Positions 8,876-17,619 of a stretch of DNA of 64,000 nt are shown here, piece by piece; position 1 is the first letter of the stretch, and the number at the start of each line of letters is the position of its first letter. This stretch comes from Falsiroseomonas sp. (GTDB lineage Bacteria > Pseudomonadota > Alphaproteobacteria > Acetobacterales > Acetobacteraceae), in contig NZ_JBHYGL010000041.1 of the NCBI RefSeq assembly GCF_051859025.1, positions 76,960 through 140,959 on the forward strand, written 5' to 3'. Made by a program: the position numbers and the translations under genes. Under the pieces are notes generated by a model, which was given only the letters and a program-made list of their open reading frames with translations, ran no database searches and had not been told where the DNA came from.

Positions 8876-10219
8876 ATGTTCGGCAAGGTCCTGATCGCGA
8901 ACCGGGGCGAGATCGCGCTCCGCGTCCATCGCGCCTGCCAGGAGATGGGCATCCGCACCGTCGCCGTGCATTCCACGGCCGACAGCACGGCCATGCATGT
9001 GCGCCTGGCGGATGAGAGCGTCTGCATCGGCCCGCCCTCGGCCCGCGACAGCTACCTGAACATGGCGGCGATCCTGTCGGCCGCCGCCATCACCGGCGCG
9101 GACGCCATTCACCCCGGCTACGGCTTCCTGTCCGAGAACGCGAATTTCGCGGAGATGGTGGAGGCCCACGGCCTCGCCTTCATCGGCCCGACGGCCGCGC
9201 ATATCCGCATGATGGGCGACAAGATCGCGGCCAAGGATGCGATGCGCTCCCTCGGCGTTCCCCTCGTCCCCGGCAGCCTCGGCGCGCTGGAGAGCTTCGA
9301 GGAAGCCCGCGCGGTGGCGGATGAGATCAAGTACCCCGTCCTCATCAAGGCCGCTGCCGGTGGTGGTGGGCGCGGCATGAAGGTGGCGCGCAGCGAGGAT
9401 GAGCTGGAGGAAGCCTGGCGCGTCGCGCGCACGGAATCCAAGGCCGCCTTCGGCGATGACAGCGTCTACATGGAGAAGTACCTCGACCGCCCGCGGCATA
9501 TCGAGCTGCAGGTGATGGCGGACATGCACGGCAATGTCGTGCATTTCGGGGAGCGTGACTGCTCCCTCCAGCGCCGCCACCAGAAGCTGGTCGAGGAAGC
9601 CGGCAGCCCCGTGCTGACGGCGGCGGAACGCGATGCGCTGGGCGCGCAGGTCACGAAGGGCCTGAAGCAGCTGGGCTACCGCAATGCCGGCACGCTGGAA
9701 TTCCTGTGGCAGGACGGCCAGTTCGCCTTCATCGAGATGAATACCCGCCTGCAGGTCGAGCATCCCGTGACGGAGATGGTCTGCAACGTGGACCTGGTGA
9801 AGGAACAGCTGCGCGTCGCCGCCGGCGAACCGCTGGGCTACACGCAGGAGGATATCCGCTTCTCCGGCCACGCCATCGAATGCCGCATCACGGCGGAGGA
9901 CCCCGAGACCTTCGCCCCCAACCCCGGCCGGGTGGACATGTACCACGCGCCGGGCGGGCTCGGCGTTCGCGTCGATAGCGCGCTCTATTCCGGCTACACC
10001 GTGCCGCCGCATTACGACAGCCTGGTCGCCAAGCTGGTCGTGCACGGGCAGACGCGGGCGGAGGCGATCGCGCGGCTCAAGCGGTCGCTGGACGAGATGG
10101 TCGTCAGCGGCATCAAGACCACCCTGCCGCTGCACCAGCGCATCGTGGCGGACCCGGAGTTCCAGGCCGGCGACTATACGATCCACTGGCTGGAGAAGTT
10201 CGTCAGCCGGGGTCACTGA
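8876..10219 (+). CDS. accC: Acetyl-CoA carboxylase biotin carboxylase subunit
   Basis: 447 aa starting MFGKVLIANRGEIALRV. ATP-grasp motifs (GGGGRGM, EMNTRLQVEHPVTE). Confidence 0.95.
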   Translation: MFGKVLIANRGEIALRVHRACQEMGIRTVAVHSTADSTAMHVRLADESVCIGPPSARDSYLNMAAILSAAAITGADAIHPGYGFLSENANFAEMVEAHGLAFIGPTAAHIRMMGDKIAAKDAMRSLGVPLVPGSLGALESFEEARAVADEIKYPVLIKAAAGGGGRGMKVARSEDELEEAWRVARTESKAAFGDDSVYMEKYLDRPRHIELQVMADMHGNVVHFGERDCSLQRRHQKLVEEAGSPVLTAAERDALGAQVTKGLKQLGYRNAGTLEFLWQDGQFAFIEMNTRLQVEHPVTEMVCNVDLVKEQLRVAAGEPLGYTQEDIRFSGHAIECRITAEDPETFAPNPGRVDMYHAPGGLGVRVDSALYSGYTVPPHYDSLVAKLVVHGQTRAEAIARLKRSLDEMVVSGIKTTLPLHQRIVADPEFQAGDYTIHWLEKFVSRGH

Positions 10220-10262
10220 GACATTCCTCGCCCTGGACGCCCAGGGCGGGTAGGATGGGCCG

Positions 10263-10946
10263 GTGAGCCGAAGACAGTTCGACATCACCCCTGAACTGAT
10301 GCTCCGCGCCTATCGCGCGGGGCTGTTCCCGATGGCGGAGACGCGCCGGGGCGACCGGCTCTATTGGCTGGATCCCGAGATGCGCGGCGTGCTGCCGCTG
10401 GACCGGTTCCATCTGTCCCGGCGCCTGGCGCGGACGGTGCTGGCGGGCGACTACCTCATCACCTCCAACCGCGATTTCGGCGGCGTCATCGCGGGCTGCG
10501 CGGCGCCGGCGGAGGGGCGGGAGGACACCTGGATCAACCCGGAGATCGAGCGCCTGTTCAGCGCCCTGCACCGCATGGGCCACGCCCATTCGGTGGAGGC
10601 CTGGGCCCCGGCGGAGGGTGGGCCGAAGCTGGTCGGCGGCCTCTACGGCGTGGCGCTCGGCGGTGCCTTCTTCGGGGAGAGCATGTTCTCCCGCGCGCGG
10701 GATGCCTCCAAGGTCGCGCTGGTGCACCTTGTGGCGCGGCTGCGGCTGTTCGGATTCACGCTGCTGGACAGCCAGTTCCAGACCACCCACCTGACGCAGT
10801 TCGGCTGCACGGAGATCCCCCGCCAGGCCTATAAGCGCCTGTTGTCGGAAGCGGTGGAGGAACAGGTGCGCTGGGACGACGAACCCGACCCGGCGGCGGT
10901 GGAGGCCGAGGTGCGGCGCCTGCGGGACGCCAGCCGCGGCGACTAG
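10263..10946 (+). CDS. aat: Leucyl/phenylalanyl-tRNA--protein transferase
   Basis: 227 aa with a GTG start. Conserved [34 protein letters not shown] blocks. Confidence 0.9.
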   Translation: MSRRQFDITPELMLRAYRAGLFPMAETRRGDRLYWLDPEMRGVLPLDRFHLSRRLARTVLAGDYLITSNRDFGGVIAGCAAPAEGREDTWINPEIERLFSALHRMGHAHSVEAWAPAEGGPKLVGGLYGVALGGAFFGESMFSRARDASKVALVHLVARLRLFGFTLLDSQFQTTHLTQFGCTEIPRQAYKRLLSEAVEEQVRWDDEPDPAAVEAEVRRLRDASRGD

Positions 10947-11345
10947 CTACCGGTTCACCGGCCAGGGGCGCTGGCCCGGCGGCAGGGCGGTGCCGCCCGC
11001 GCGGGGGTCGGGGCCGAAGCGGTTCGGGCCGGTTTCGCCATGCTGACAGTACCAGATCAGCAGGATGATCCAGCCGATCAGCGGCACGAGGAACAGCAGC
11101 TGCCACCAGCCGCTGCGGCCATCATCATGCAGCCGCCGCGCGGTGACGGCGATGGAGGGGATCAGCAGGGCCACCGTCAGCACGGCGCCCAGGATGCCGC
11201 CCGTCGCGGCATCGTCGATGATGCCGGCGATGACCTGGGCCAGCATGGTGAACAGGACGAAGAACCAGAACTCCGACCGCCGCGCCCGGCCGGCGAAGGT
11301 CGCGTAGTTGCGGAACGCGCTGGCGACGGCATCGGGGAAGTTCAT
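10947..11345 (-). CDS. DUF805 domain-containing membrane protein
   Basis: Start at MNFPDAVASAFRNYATFAGRARRSEFWFF (ATG 11345). Family signature RRLHDDGRSGWW. Three predicted TM segments. Confidence 0.8.
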   Translation of the reverse strand: MNFPDAVASAFRNYATFAGRARRSEFWFFVLFTMLAQVIAGIIDDAATGGILGAVLTVALLIPSIAVTARRLHDDGRSGWWQLLFLVPLIGWIILLIWYCQHGETGPNRFGPDPRAGGTALPPGQRPWPVNR

Positions 11346-11374
11346 GCGCGCTCCATCCTGGCCGGGGGGCCGCC

Positions 11375-11749
11375 TCAACTCGGGCGGCATTCCATGATGC
11401 GGATGTCGTAGACCGGGTGTTCCAGCATGTTCACGCCGGGGGCTTCCGCGAACATCCAGCCGCGGAAGACCGCCGCGCCATTGGCGGGGGCGCGGCTGTC
11501 CGTGATCTCCAGCCAGGCGGCGGCGTCCGGCACCTCATCCGGCGGGCGGGCGTTGCAGGACCGCACGGTGATGGTGAGGCTGCCGAAGCGCTCCGGCTGG
11601 TTCAGCGTGGCGCGCAGCGTGGTGACGCGCGCCGTCACCTTGTCCAGCGCCTGGAGGACGGCGATGCGCTGCGGCCGCCATTCCTGGGCGGCGGCCGGCA
11701 TTGCCAGGCCGCAGGCGAACAGAAGGGCCAGCGCCAGGGGCCGGATCAT
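11375..11749 (-). CDS. DUF2155 domain-containing periplasmic protein
   Basis: 124 aa from MIRPLALALLFACGLAMPAAAQ (signal peptide). The LDKVTARV...FGSLTITVRSC pattern is typical of DUF2155. ATGA overlap with the upstream 74-aa ORF. Confidence 0.75.
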   Translation of the reverse strand: MIRPLALALLFACGLAMPAAAQEWRPQRIAVLQALDKVTARVTTLRATLNQPERFGSLTITVRSCNARPPDEVPDAAAWLEITDSRAPANGAAVFRGWMFAEAPGVNMLEHPVYDIRIMECRPS

Positions 11750-11970
11750 GCCGCGCGCTTCGGGCTGGGCAGGGCGGCGACCATCTCGGCCAGGATGCGC
11801 CGCATGGCGGCTTCGTCCACGCCCATCAGCACCGCATCCTCGAAAGCGTCGCGCAGCACCTGCGCGGCTTCCCGGTGGTTCTCCGCCAGCACCTTCAGCT
11901 TCTCCCGGCACGACAGCGGGGCGCCATCGGCGCCCGGCCAGGCGGCGGGCGGTTCGAGCGGCGTGGTCAT
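11746..11970 (-). CDS. Hypothetical small protein (74 aa)
   Basis: Helical, charged composition, not a GC-artefact profile. ATGA-type 4-nt overlaps at both ends (with the mlaD stop and the DUF2155 start) indicate translational coupling. Confidence 0.5.
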   Translation of the reverse strand: MTTPLEPPAAWPGADGAPLSCREKLKVLAENHREAAQVLRDAFEDAVLMGVDEAAMRRILAEMVAALPSPKRAA

Positions 11971-12491
11971 GGCCGGGGCGTGGCGGCGCCTTCCGGTGCC
12001 TGTGCCCCAGGGGACTGGGCGCCCGGGGAGGAGGAGGAGCCCTGGGTCATGGAGAAGATGAAGCGGCCCAGCAGGCTTTCCAGGCTGATGGCGGATTGGG
12101 TGATGGTGATCTCCCCCCCGTCCCGCAGCATCCGTTCGGACCCGCCCGGCACCAGGGAGACGAAGCGCCCGCCCAGCAGGCCCTCGCTCGCGATCTCCGC
12201 CGAGCTGTCGGAGGGGATGCGCAGGCTGCCATCGATGCGCATGGTCAGCACGGCCAGGAAGCTCTGCGGATCGATCCGCTGGCCGGTGATGGAGCCCACC
12301 TTCACGCCCGCGATCCGCACATCCGCCCCGGGGGCGAGGCCGTCGATGCGGTCGAACTTGGCGGTCAGCGTCAGCGCCGGGCCGGACATGGTGGTCCGTC
12401 CGCTATTGGTGACGGCGAACAGGAGGAAGCCGGCCGAGACCAGCAGCACCACGGCGCCGGCCAGGACCTCGGCGATCGAACGGCCCTTCAT
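11967..12491 (-). CDS. mlaD: Outer-membrane lipid asymmetry maintenance protein MlaD (MCE domain)
   Basis: 174 aa from MKGRSIAEVLAGAVVLLVSAGFLLF (N-terminal TM anchor), followed by an MCE domain (GLAPGADVRIAGVKVGSI). The long N-terminal extension in the track ORF (to 13214) is rejected. Confidence 0.8.
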   Translation of the reverse strand: MKGRSIAEVLAGAVVLLVSAGFLLFAVTNSGRTTMSGPALTLTAKFDRIDGLAPGADVRIAGVKVGSITGQRIDPQSFLAVLTMRIDGSLRIPSDSSAEIASEGLLGGRFVSLVPGGSERMLRDGGEITITQSAISLESLLGRFIFSMTQGSSSSPGAQSPGAQAPEGAATPRP

Positions 12492-12519
12492 GCGAAGGCG
12501 CCCTGCATGCGGTCCCGCA

Positions 12520-12876
12520 TCAGGTGCCGGGGGTCCAGGCCTCGTAGTCGCCGGCCGTGACCGCGCGGCGACCGCCGGCATAATCGTGCCCGGCGGGGCG
12601 ATAGGCATTGGCCGTGCCGGTCTGGTTGGGCTGGTGGTCCAGCATCCAGGCGTGGCGCTTCTCCTCAGGCAGCGGCGCGGGCGAGGTATGGTGCAGCCAG
12701 CCATGCCATTCCGGCGGTACCTTGGTGGCTTCCGCCGCACCGGCGAACAGCACCCAGCGGCGCTTGCGGCCATAGCCGCGGTAATCGGCCTTCGATTCGT
12801 AATAGGCGTTGCCGAAGCGGTCCGTGCCGATCTTGCGGCCGGACAGGGCGGAAGTGAGGCGCAGCAGCACCGACAT
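12520..12876 (-). CDS. NADH:ubiquinone oxidoreductase subunit NDUFA12-like protein
   Basis: 118 aa from MSVLLRLTSALSGRKIGTDRFGNAYYE...RRWVLF...VPPEWHGWLHH, the characteristic NDUFA12 family pattern. Confidence 0.8.
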   Translation of the reverse strand: MSVLLRLTSALSGRKIGTDRFGNAYYESKADYRGYGRKRRWVLFAGAAEATKVPPEWHGWLHHTSPAPLPEEKRHAWMLDHQPNQTGTANAYRPAGHDYAGGRRAVTAGDYEAWTPGT

Positions 12877-13090
12877 CGGGGATCCTCGCAGCGGCCCAAG
12901 GGAGGACGGCCAGGGGGAGGCCGGCCCGCCATGTGCGGACGGCCCCAGTTTCGCACAATGGGTGCCGCAGCGCAAAATCCGCGGAGCCGATGCGTGTAAC
13001 CGATTCTGTCCACAGGATGTTGCGGTTCCGACCCCGCAACACCACCACATACGGCTTCCGTCTCGCCCCGAGGCCCCCTAAGGTGAGGGC

Positions 13091-14623
13091 ATGACAAGCT
13101 TGGCCGGGACGATCTGGGACGGAATGGCTCTGTGGCGCATGCGCGCCGCGCCGGACCCGGATTCGAAGCCCCGGGCCATCGCCCTGCCCGTCTCCTGGGA
13201 TGAGGATGCGGCATCCGCCATCGCCGCCATCGCCCCGGGCCATGCCCCGGTCGCCCTGCCCCGCCTGGCGGAGGGCTGGATCGCGCCCCTCGTCGCGCGC
13301 GGCCGGCAGCTCGGCATCCTGGCCGATGCGGCGGAACAGGACCGGCTGGCCCATGCGCTGCGCGCGTTGCTGCTGGCCCGCGCCGCGGCGCCGGGGATCG
13401 CCATCTGGCGCGGCGATGCCCGTTCCGCCAGCCGCTTCGTGCTGAACCTGCCGGCCTTCCTGGATGCGGAAGGCGGCTTCGATGCCGGCGCCTATGCCGC
13501 CGCCGTCGCGGTGGGGGTGCGGGTGCTGGATATCTGGACGGGGGCGAAATCCCCCCGCCTGTCCATCGGCTTCGCGGACCTTGCGGGGCTGCTGGCCGGG
13601 CTGGGCCTCGCCTATGATTCGGCGGAGGCCCGCAGCGTGGGTGCCGCCATCGCCGCCCTGACCCGTGGCGCGGCGGAAGCCGAATCCGGCCGGATCGCGG
13701 AACGGCTGGGGGCGCGGGAGCCGGTGGCGCTCATCGCCCCCGCCCCGCCCGAAGCGACTGTCGTGCCGGGCCTGGCGGAAGCGGCGCGCGCCGCGCTGGA
13801 TGAGGCAGCGGGCAGCCTCGGCCTGCGGCACCAGGCGCTGGTCGCGCTGTCTGCGCCGGATGCGGTGGAACGGCTGCTGGGCGCCGAGATCGGCGGCCTG
13901 GCCCCGGCCAGCGGCCCGACGCGCCTGACGCTCGACCGCGAGGGCTGGGTGGCGGAGGTGCCGACGCGCGCCGCGCTCCGCCTCGGCCGGGCGGAGGCCG
14001 AGCGGCTTCTGGCGCCCGCCCCCGATTCCGCCTGGATCGCCCTGGCGCAGGCCATCGCGCCCTTCCTCCATGCCGCGCCGCCGATGCCGCTGGCCAGCGC
14101 CGCGCCGGCCAGCGCGCCCGCACCCCTGCCCAGCCGTGCCACGGCCCTGCCTACGCGCCCGGGCGGCAGCGTGTGGCGGGTTTCCGTCGGCGGGCACAAG
14201 GTCGTGCTCCGCACCACGGAGGATGGCGCCGGCAAGCTGTCCGAGGTCTCGATCGCACTCACCAAGGAAGGTGCCGCCTATCGCAGCCTGATGGATGCGA
14301 TGCTGCAGACCGTCTCCATCGGCCTGCAGCATGGCGTGGCGCTGGACCATTATGTCGAGGCCCATGCCTATACCCGCTTCGGCCCCGCCGGCGTGGTGGA
14401 GGGCGACCCCGCCATCCGCCGCGCGACATCGGTGCTGGACTGGGCCTTCCGCCGCCTGGCGCTGGATTACCTCGGCCGGCGCGACCTGGCCGATCCGTCC
14501 GAGGAGGATTGCGCGCCGGATGCCACGGGGCACGCCGCCGAACAGGCGCCGCTGCTGCCGATGGACCTCCCCTCCTCCCCGGCGCCCCGCGCGCGGCGGC
14601 GGCAGTTCAAGCTGGTCGGGTAG
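13091..14623 (+). CDS. Ribonucleotide-reductase-like, TSCPD domain-containing protein (apparently degenerate)
   Basis: 510 aa. The central segment resembles the RNR barrel (RFVLNLPAFLDAEGGFD..., RLSIGFADLAGLLAGLGLAYDSAEA). The C-terminus resembles a TSCPD domain (KLSEVSIALTKEGAAYRSLMDAMLQTVSIGLQHGV...ATSVLDW), with the Cys of TSCPD replaced by Val. Confidence 0.7.
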   Translation: MTSLAGTIWDGMALWRMRAAPDPDSKPRAIALPVSWDEDAASAIAAIAPGHAPVALPRLAEGWIAPLVARGRQLGILADAAEQDRLAHALRALLLARAAAPGIAIWRGDARSASRFVLNLPAFLDAEGGFDAGAYAAAVAVGVRVLDIWTGAKSPRLSIGFADLAGLLAGLGLAYDSAEARSVGAAIAALTRGAAEAESGRIAERLGAREPVALIAPAPPEATVVPGLAEAARAALDEAAGSLGLRHQALVALSAPDAVERLLGAEIGGLAPASGPTRLTLDREGWVAEVPTRAALRLGRAEAERLLAPAPDSAWIALAQAIAPFLHAAPPMPLASAAPASAPAPLPSRATALPTRPGGSVWRVSVGGHKVVLRTTEDGAGKLSEVSIALTKEGAAYRSLMDAMLQTVSIGLQHGVALDHYVEAHAYTRFGPAGVVEGDPAIRRATSVLDWAFRRLALDYLGRRDLADPSEEDCAPDATGHAAEQAPLLPMDLPSSPAPRARRRQFKLVG

Positions 14624-14677
14624 CGTTTTCGGGCCAGCCGACGCAGTCTCCCGCCCGGCAAGAACGGAGACCGCGCC

Positions 14678-15145
14678 ATGGCTGGGATCATCGAAGGCAA
14701 CCTCGCGAAGCTCGGCATCACGCTGCCGGTGCCGGCGGCGCCCGTGGCGAACTACATCGCCTACAACATCGCGGGGAATCTGCTGGTCGTCTCCGGCCAG
14801 ATCCCCTTCGTGGACGGCAAGGTCGCCTTCACGGGCAAGGTCGGCGGGGCCGTTTCCATCGAGCAGGGGCAGGAAGCGGCGCGGGTCTGCTTCATCAACC
14901 TGGTGGCGCAGGTGAAGGCCGCCTGCGGGGGGGACCTCGATCGCGTGAAGCGCGTCGTTCGCCTCGGCGGCTTCATCGCGGCGGGGCCGGATTTCACGCA
15001 GCATGCGGTGGTGATGAACGGTGCCTCGGACCTCGCGGTCGCGGTGTTCGGGGAAGCCGGGCGCCATGCGCGCAGCACCATCGGCGTGCCGTCGCTTCCC
15101 GCCGATGCGGCGGTGGAAGTGGAAGGGATGTTCGAGATCGCCTGA
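14678..15145 (+). CDS. RidA/YjgF family protein
   Basis: 155 aa. Family pattern (LLVVSGQIPF..., RHARSTIGVPSLPADAAVEVEGMFEI). Confidence 0.9.
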   Translation: MAGIIEGNLAKLGITLPVPAAPVANYIAYNIAGNLLVVSGQIPFVDGKVAFTGKVGGAVSIEQGQEAARVCFINLVAQVKAACGGDLDRVKRVVRLGGFIAAGPDFTQHAVVMNGASDLAVAVFGEAGRHARSTIGVPSLPADAAVEVEGMFEIA

Positions 15146-15187
15146 GGCGGGGTTGAGCATCGCCACCCCGCCCCAAACTGGAGTCGC

Positions 15188-16351
15188 ATGCCCGACACGG
15201 CGCCATCCCTGAGCCTCTCGCTCCATCCCTCCATCGCGGATATCCCCGCGCTGGACTGGGATGCCTGCGCGGGACTGACGAATCCCTTCGTCAGCCACGC
15301 CTTCCTCCTCGCGCTGGAGGAATCGGGCAGCGTGGGGGCCCGCACGGGATGGCTGCCGCAGCATGCGGCGCTGCGGGACGAGAGCGGGCAATTGCTGGCC
15401 TGCGCGGCGATGTATGCGAAGACGCACAGCCAGGGCGAATACGTCTTCGACCATGGCTGGGCCGATGCCTTCGAGCGTGCGGGCGGCCGCTACTACCCGA
15501 AGCTCCAGGTCGCCGCCCCCTTCAGCCCGGTGCCCGGCCCGCGGCTGCTGGTGCGGGAGGGGTCGGGCATCGGGGTGGAGGCGCTGGCCCAGGGGCTGGT
15601 GCAGGCCTGCGGGCAGCTCGACCTCTCGTCCATCCACGTCACCTTCTGCGAGGCGCGGGAGTGGGAGGCACTGGGCGAGGCGGGCTGGCTGCAGCGCATC
15701 GGCACGCAGTTCCACTGGACCAATGCCGGCTATGCCAGCTTCGACGATTTCCTGGCCGCGCTGGCGTCCCGCAAGCGCAAGCAGATCAAGCGGGAGCGCC
15801 GCGACGCCGAGGCCTCCGGCTTCGTCTGCAAGACGCTGCGCGGGCATGAGATCACGCCCCGGCACTGGGAGGCGTTTCACCGATTCTACGTCTCGACCTC
15901 CGACAAGAAATGGGGGCGCAGCGCCTACCTGAAAAAGAGCTTCTGGCCGCTGCTGGGCGAGAGGCTCGGCGACAAGGTCGTGCTGATGGTGGCGGAGCAG
16001 GATGGGGAGCCTGTGGCGGGCGCGCTGAACCTGCTGGGGCAGGATGCGCTGTATGGCCGCAACTGGGGCTGCCTGGTGGATGCGCCCTTCCTGCATTTCG
16101 AGCTCTGCTATTACCGCGCCATCGATTTCGCGATCGAGCACAAGCTGCCCCGCGTGGAGGCCGGCGCCCAGGGCGAGCACAAGATCCAGCGTGGCTACCT
16201 GCCCGTGCCGACCTATTCCGCGCATTGGATCGAGCATCGCGGCTTGCGCCGCGCCGTGGCCGATTTCCTGGCGCAGGAACGCCCCGCGATGATGCGGGAG
16301 ATCGAGGCGCTCGGGGAAATGTCGCCCTTCAGGAAGGAAGGCGAAGGCTGA
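15188..16351 (+). CDS. GNAT-fold, FemAB-like (DUF482) family protein
   Basis: 387 aa. N-terminal IADIPALDWDACAGLTNPFVSHAFLLALEESGSVGARTGW is typical of the DUF482/FemAB-like family. Confidence 0.8.
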   Translation: MPDTAPSLSLSLHPSIADIPALDWDACAGLTNPFVSHAFLLALEESGSVGARTGWLPQHAALRDESGQLLACAAMYAKTHSQGEYVFDHGWADAFERAGGRYYPKLQVAAPFSPVPGPRLLVREGSGIGVEALAQGLVQACGQLDLSSIHVTFCEAREWEALGEAGWLQRIGTQFHWTNAGYASFDDFLAALASRKRKQIKRERRDAEASGFVCKTLRGHEITPRHWEAFHRFYVSTSDKKWGRSAYLKKSFWPLLGERLGDKVVLMVAEQDGEPVAGALNLLGQDALYGRNWGCLVDAPFLHFELCYYRAIDFAIEHKLPRVEAGAQGEHKIQRGYLPVPTYSAHWIEHRGLRRAVADFLAQERPAMMREIEALGEMSPFRKEGEG

Positions 16352-16396
16352 GCGGCGGCTTCTAGGAACCCCTCGAACGGGTGTAGTCTCCGCCCC

Positions 16397-17281
16397 GTGC
16401 TTCTCGCCTATTTCCAGCTGGCGCTGTCCATGGCGTTCGTCGGCGCCAATGTGGGCGTGGCGAAGCTGCTGGCGCAGGACCTGCCCATCCCCATGATCGC
16501 CGGCCTGCGCTGCGCGCTGGCCGTGCTGGTGCTGTGGCCGCTGGCCAAGGCCATGGAGGGGCTGCCGCGGATCGAGCGCCGGGGCCTGTGGAACCTGGCG
16601 CTGCAGGCCCTGTTCGGCACGGTCATCTACAATGCCGGGCTGCTCGCCGGGCTGCGGCTGACCACGGCGCTGGAGGCGGGGCTGGTGCTGGCGACCCTCC
16701 CCGCGGTGGTCGCCGTGGGCAGCGCGATCTGGCTGCGGGAGAGGCTGCCGCCGCGGCAATGGGCAGCGGTGGCGCTGGCCGCCTTCGGCATGGCGGCGAT
16801 CACCCTGGCGCGGCTTGGCGGTGATGGCGGGCAGGGCAGCCTCATCGGCAACCTGCTGGTCTTCGGCGGCGTGTGCGGAGAGGCGATGTATGTGCTGCTG
16901 GCGAAGCGCCTGGCGGGCCGGGCGCCGGTCGTCACCGCCAGCCTGTGGATGCAGGTGTTTTCCGCGCTGATGCTGCTGCCCTTCTGCATCCCCGTGGCCG
17001 GCGCGGTGGTGGCGCTGGCGGAGCCCGCGACGGCGGGGCTGCTGGTTTTCCATTCTCTGACGGCTTCTGTCCTGTGCCTCCTGCTCTGGTACCAGGGCAT
17101 CAGGCGCGCACCGGCGGGCATCGCCGGCGTCTTCACGGCCTTCCTGCCCGCGACTTCCGCCCTCGTCGCCATCGGCTTCCTGGGGGAGACCTTCACCGCC
17201 ACCCATGCCGCGGGTTTTGTTCTGTTGACGGGCAGCATGCTGCTGGCGACCTGGCCTGCCCGGAGGCCGTCACGACGGTAG
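16397..17281 (+). CDS. DMT (EamA) family transporter
   Basis: 294 aa with about 10 hydrophobic segments and duplicated EamA-like halves. GTG start. Confidence 0.85.
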   Translation: MLLAYFQLALSMAFVGANVGVAKLLAQDLPIPMIAGLRCALAVLVLWPLAKAMEGLPRIERRGLWNLALQALFGTVIYNAGLLAGLRLTTALEAGLVLATLPAVVAVGSAIWLRERLPPRQWAAVALAAFGMAAITLARLGGDGGQGSLIGNLLVFGGVCGEAMYVLLAKRLAGRAPVVTASLWMQVFSALMLLPFCIPVAGAVVALAEPATAGLLVFHSLTASVLCLLLWYQGIRRAPAGIAGVFTAFLPATSALVAIGFLGETFTATHAAGFVLLTGSMLLATWPARRPSRR

Positions 17282-17326
17282 CGGAAAGGCTTCGCCAGCG
17301 GCGCAGGGCGCTGTTACGCTCCCCGC

Positions 17327-17617
17327 GTGAGACGAACCAAAGCCCTGCGCCTGGTGCTCCTCGGGGGTGGTGTCACCACCCTGCTCGCCGCCTGTGGCGA
17401 CGATGAGTCGCGCGCCCAGGAATGCGCGCGGGCGCGGGCGGAGATGCGGCCGAACGCGGAGCAGATCTGCCAGCGCAGCACCTCGCGCTCCTCCTCCTAT
17501 TTTTCCTCCCGCTCCTGGTTCAGTGGCCGGACCGCCTCCACCGCCGACAGCATCAGCAGGGGCGGCTCCTCCTCCCGCAGCGGTTTCGGGGGCTCCTCCT
17601 CCTCGGGCGGCGGCTGA
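17327..17617 (+). CDS. Small lipoprotein with Ser/Gly-rich tail (DUF1190/YjfM-like)
   Basis: 96 aa with a GTG start and lipobox LLAAC|G. C-terminal SSRSGFGGSSSSGGG. Its stop is 2 nt before the GspS-like gene. Confidence 0.55.
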   Translation: MRRTKALRLVLLGGGVTTLLAACGDDESRAQECARARAEMRPNAEQICQRSTSRSSSYFSSRSWFSGRTASTADSISRGGSSSRSGFGGSSSSGGG

Positions 17618-17619
17618 GC

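Noticed and set aside
7640-10288. 882-aa minus-strand ORF
   Set aside because: It is antisense to aroQ-accB-accC, all of which have unmistakable family motifs. Low-complexity Arg/Gly/Asp/His composition.
12665-17206. 1513-aa minus-strand ORF, the longest in the track
   Set aside because: It runs antisense across five convincing plus-strand genes (TSCPD, RidA, DUF482, DMT and others). It is Arg/Gly/Pro/Gln-rich with no motifs. GC-driven stop-codon depletion explains its length.
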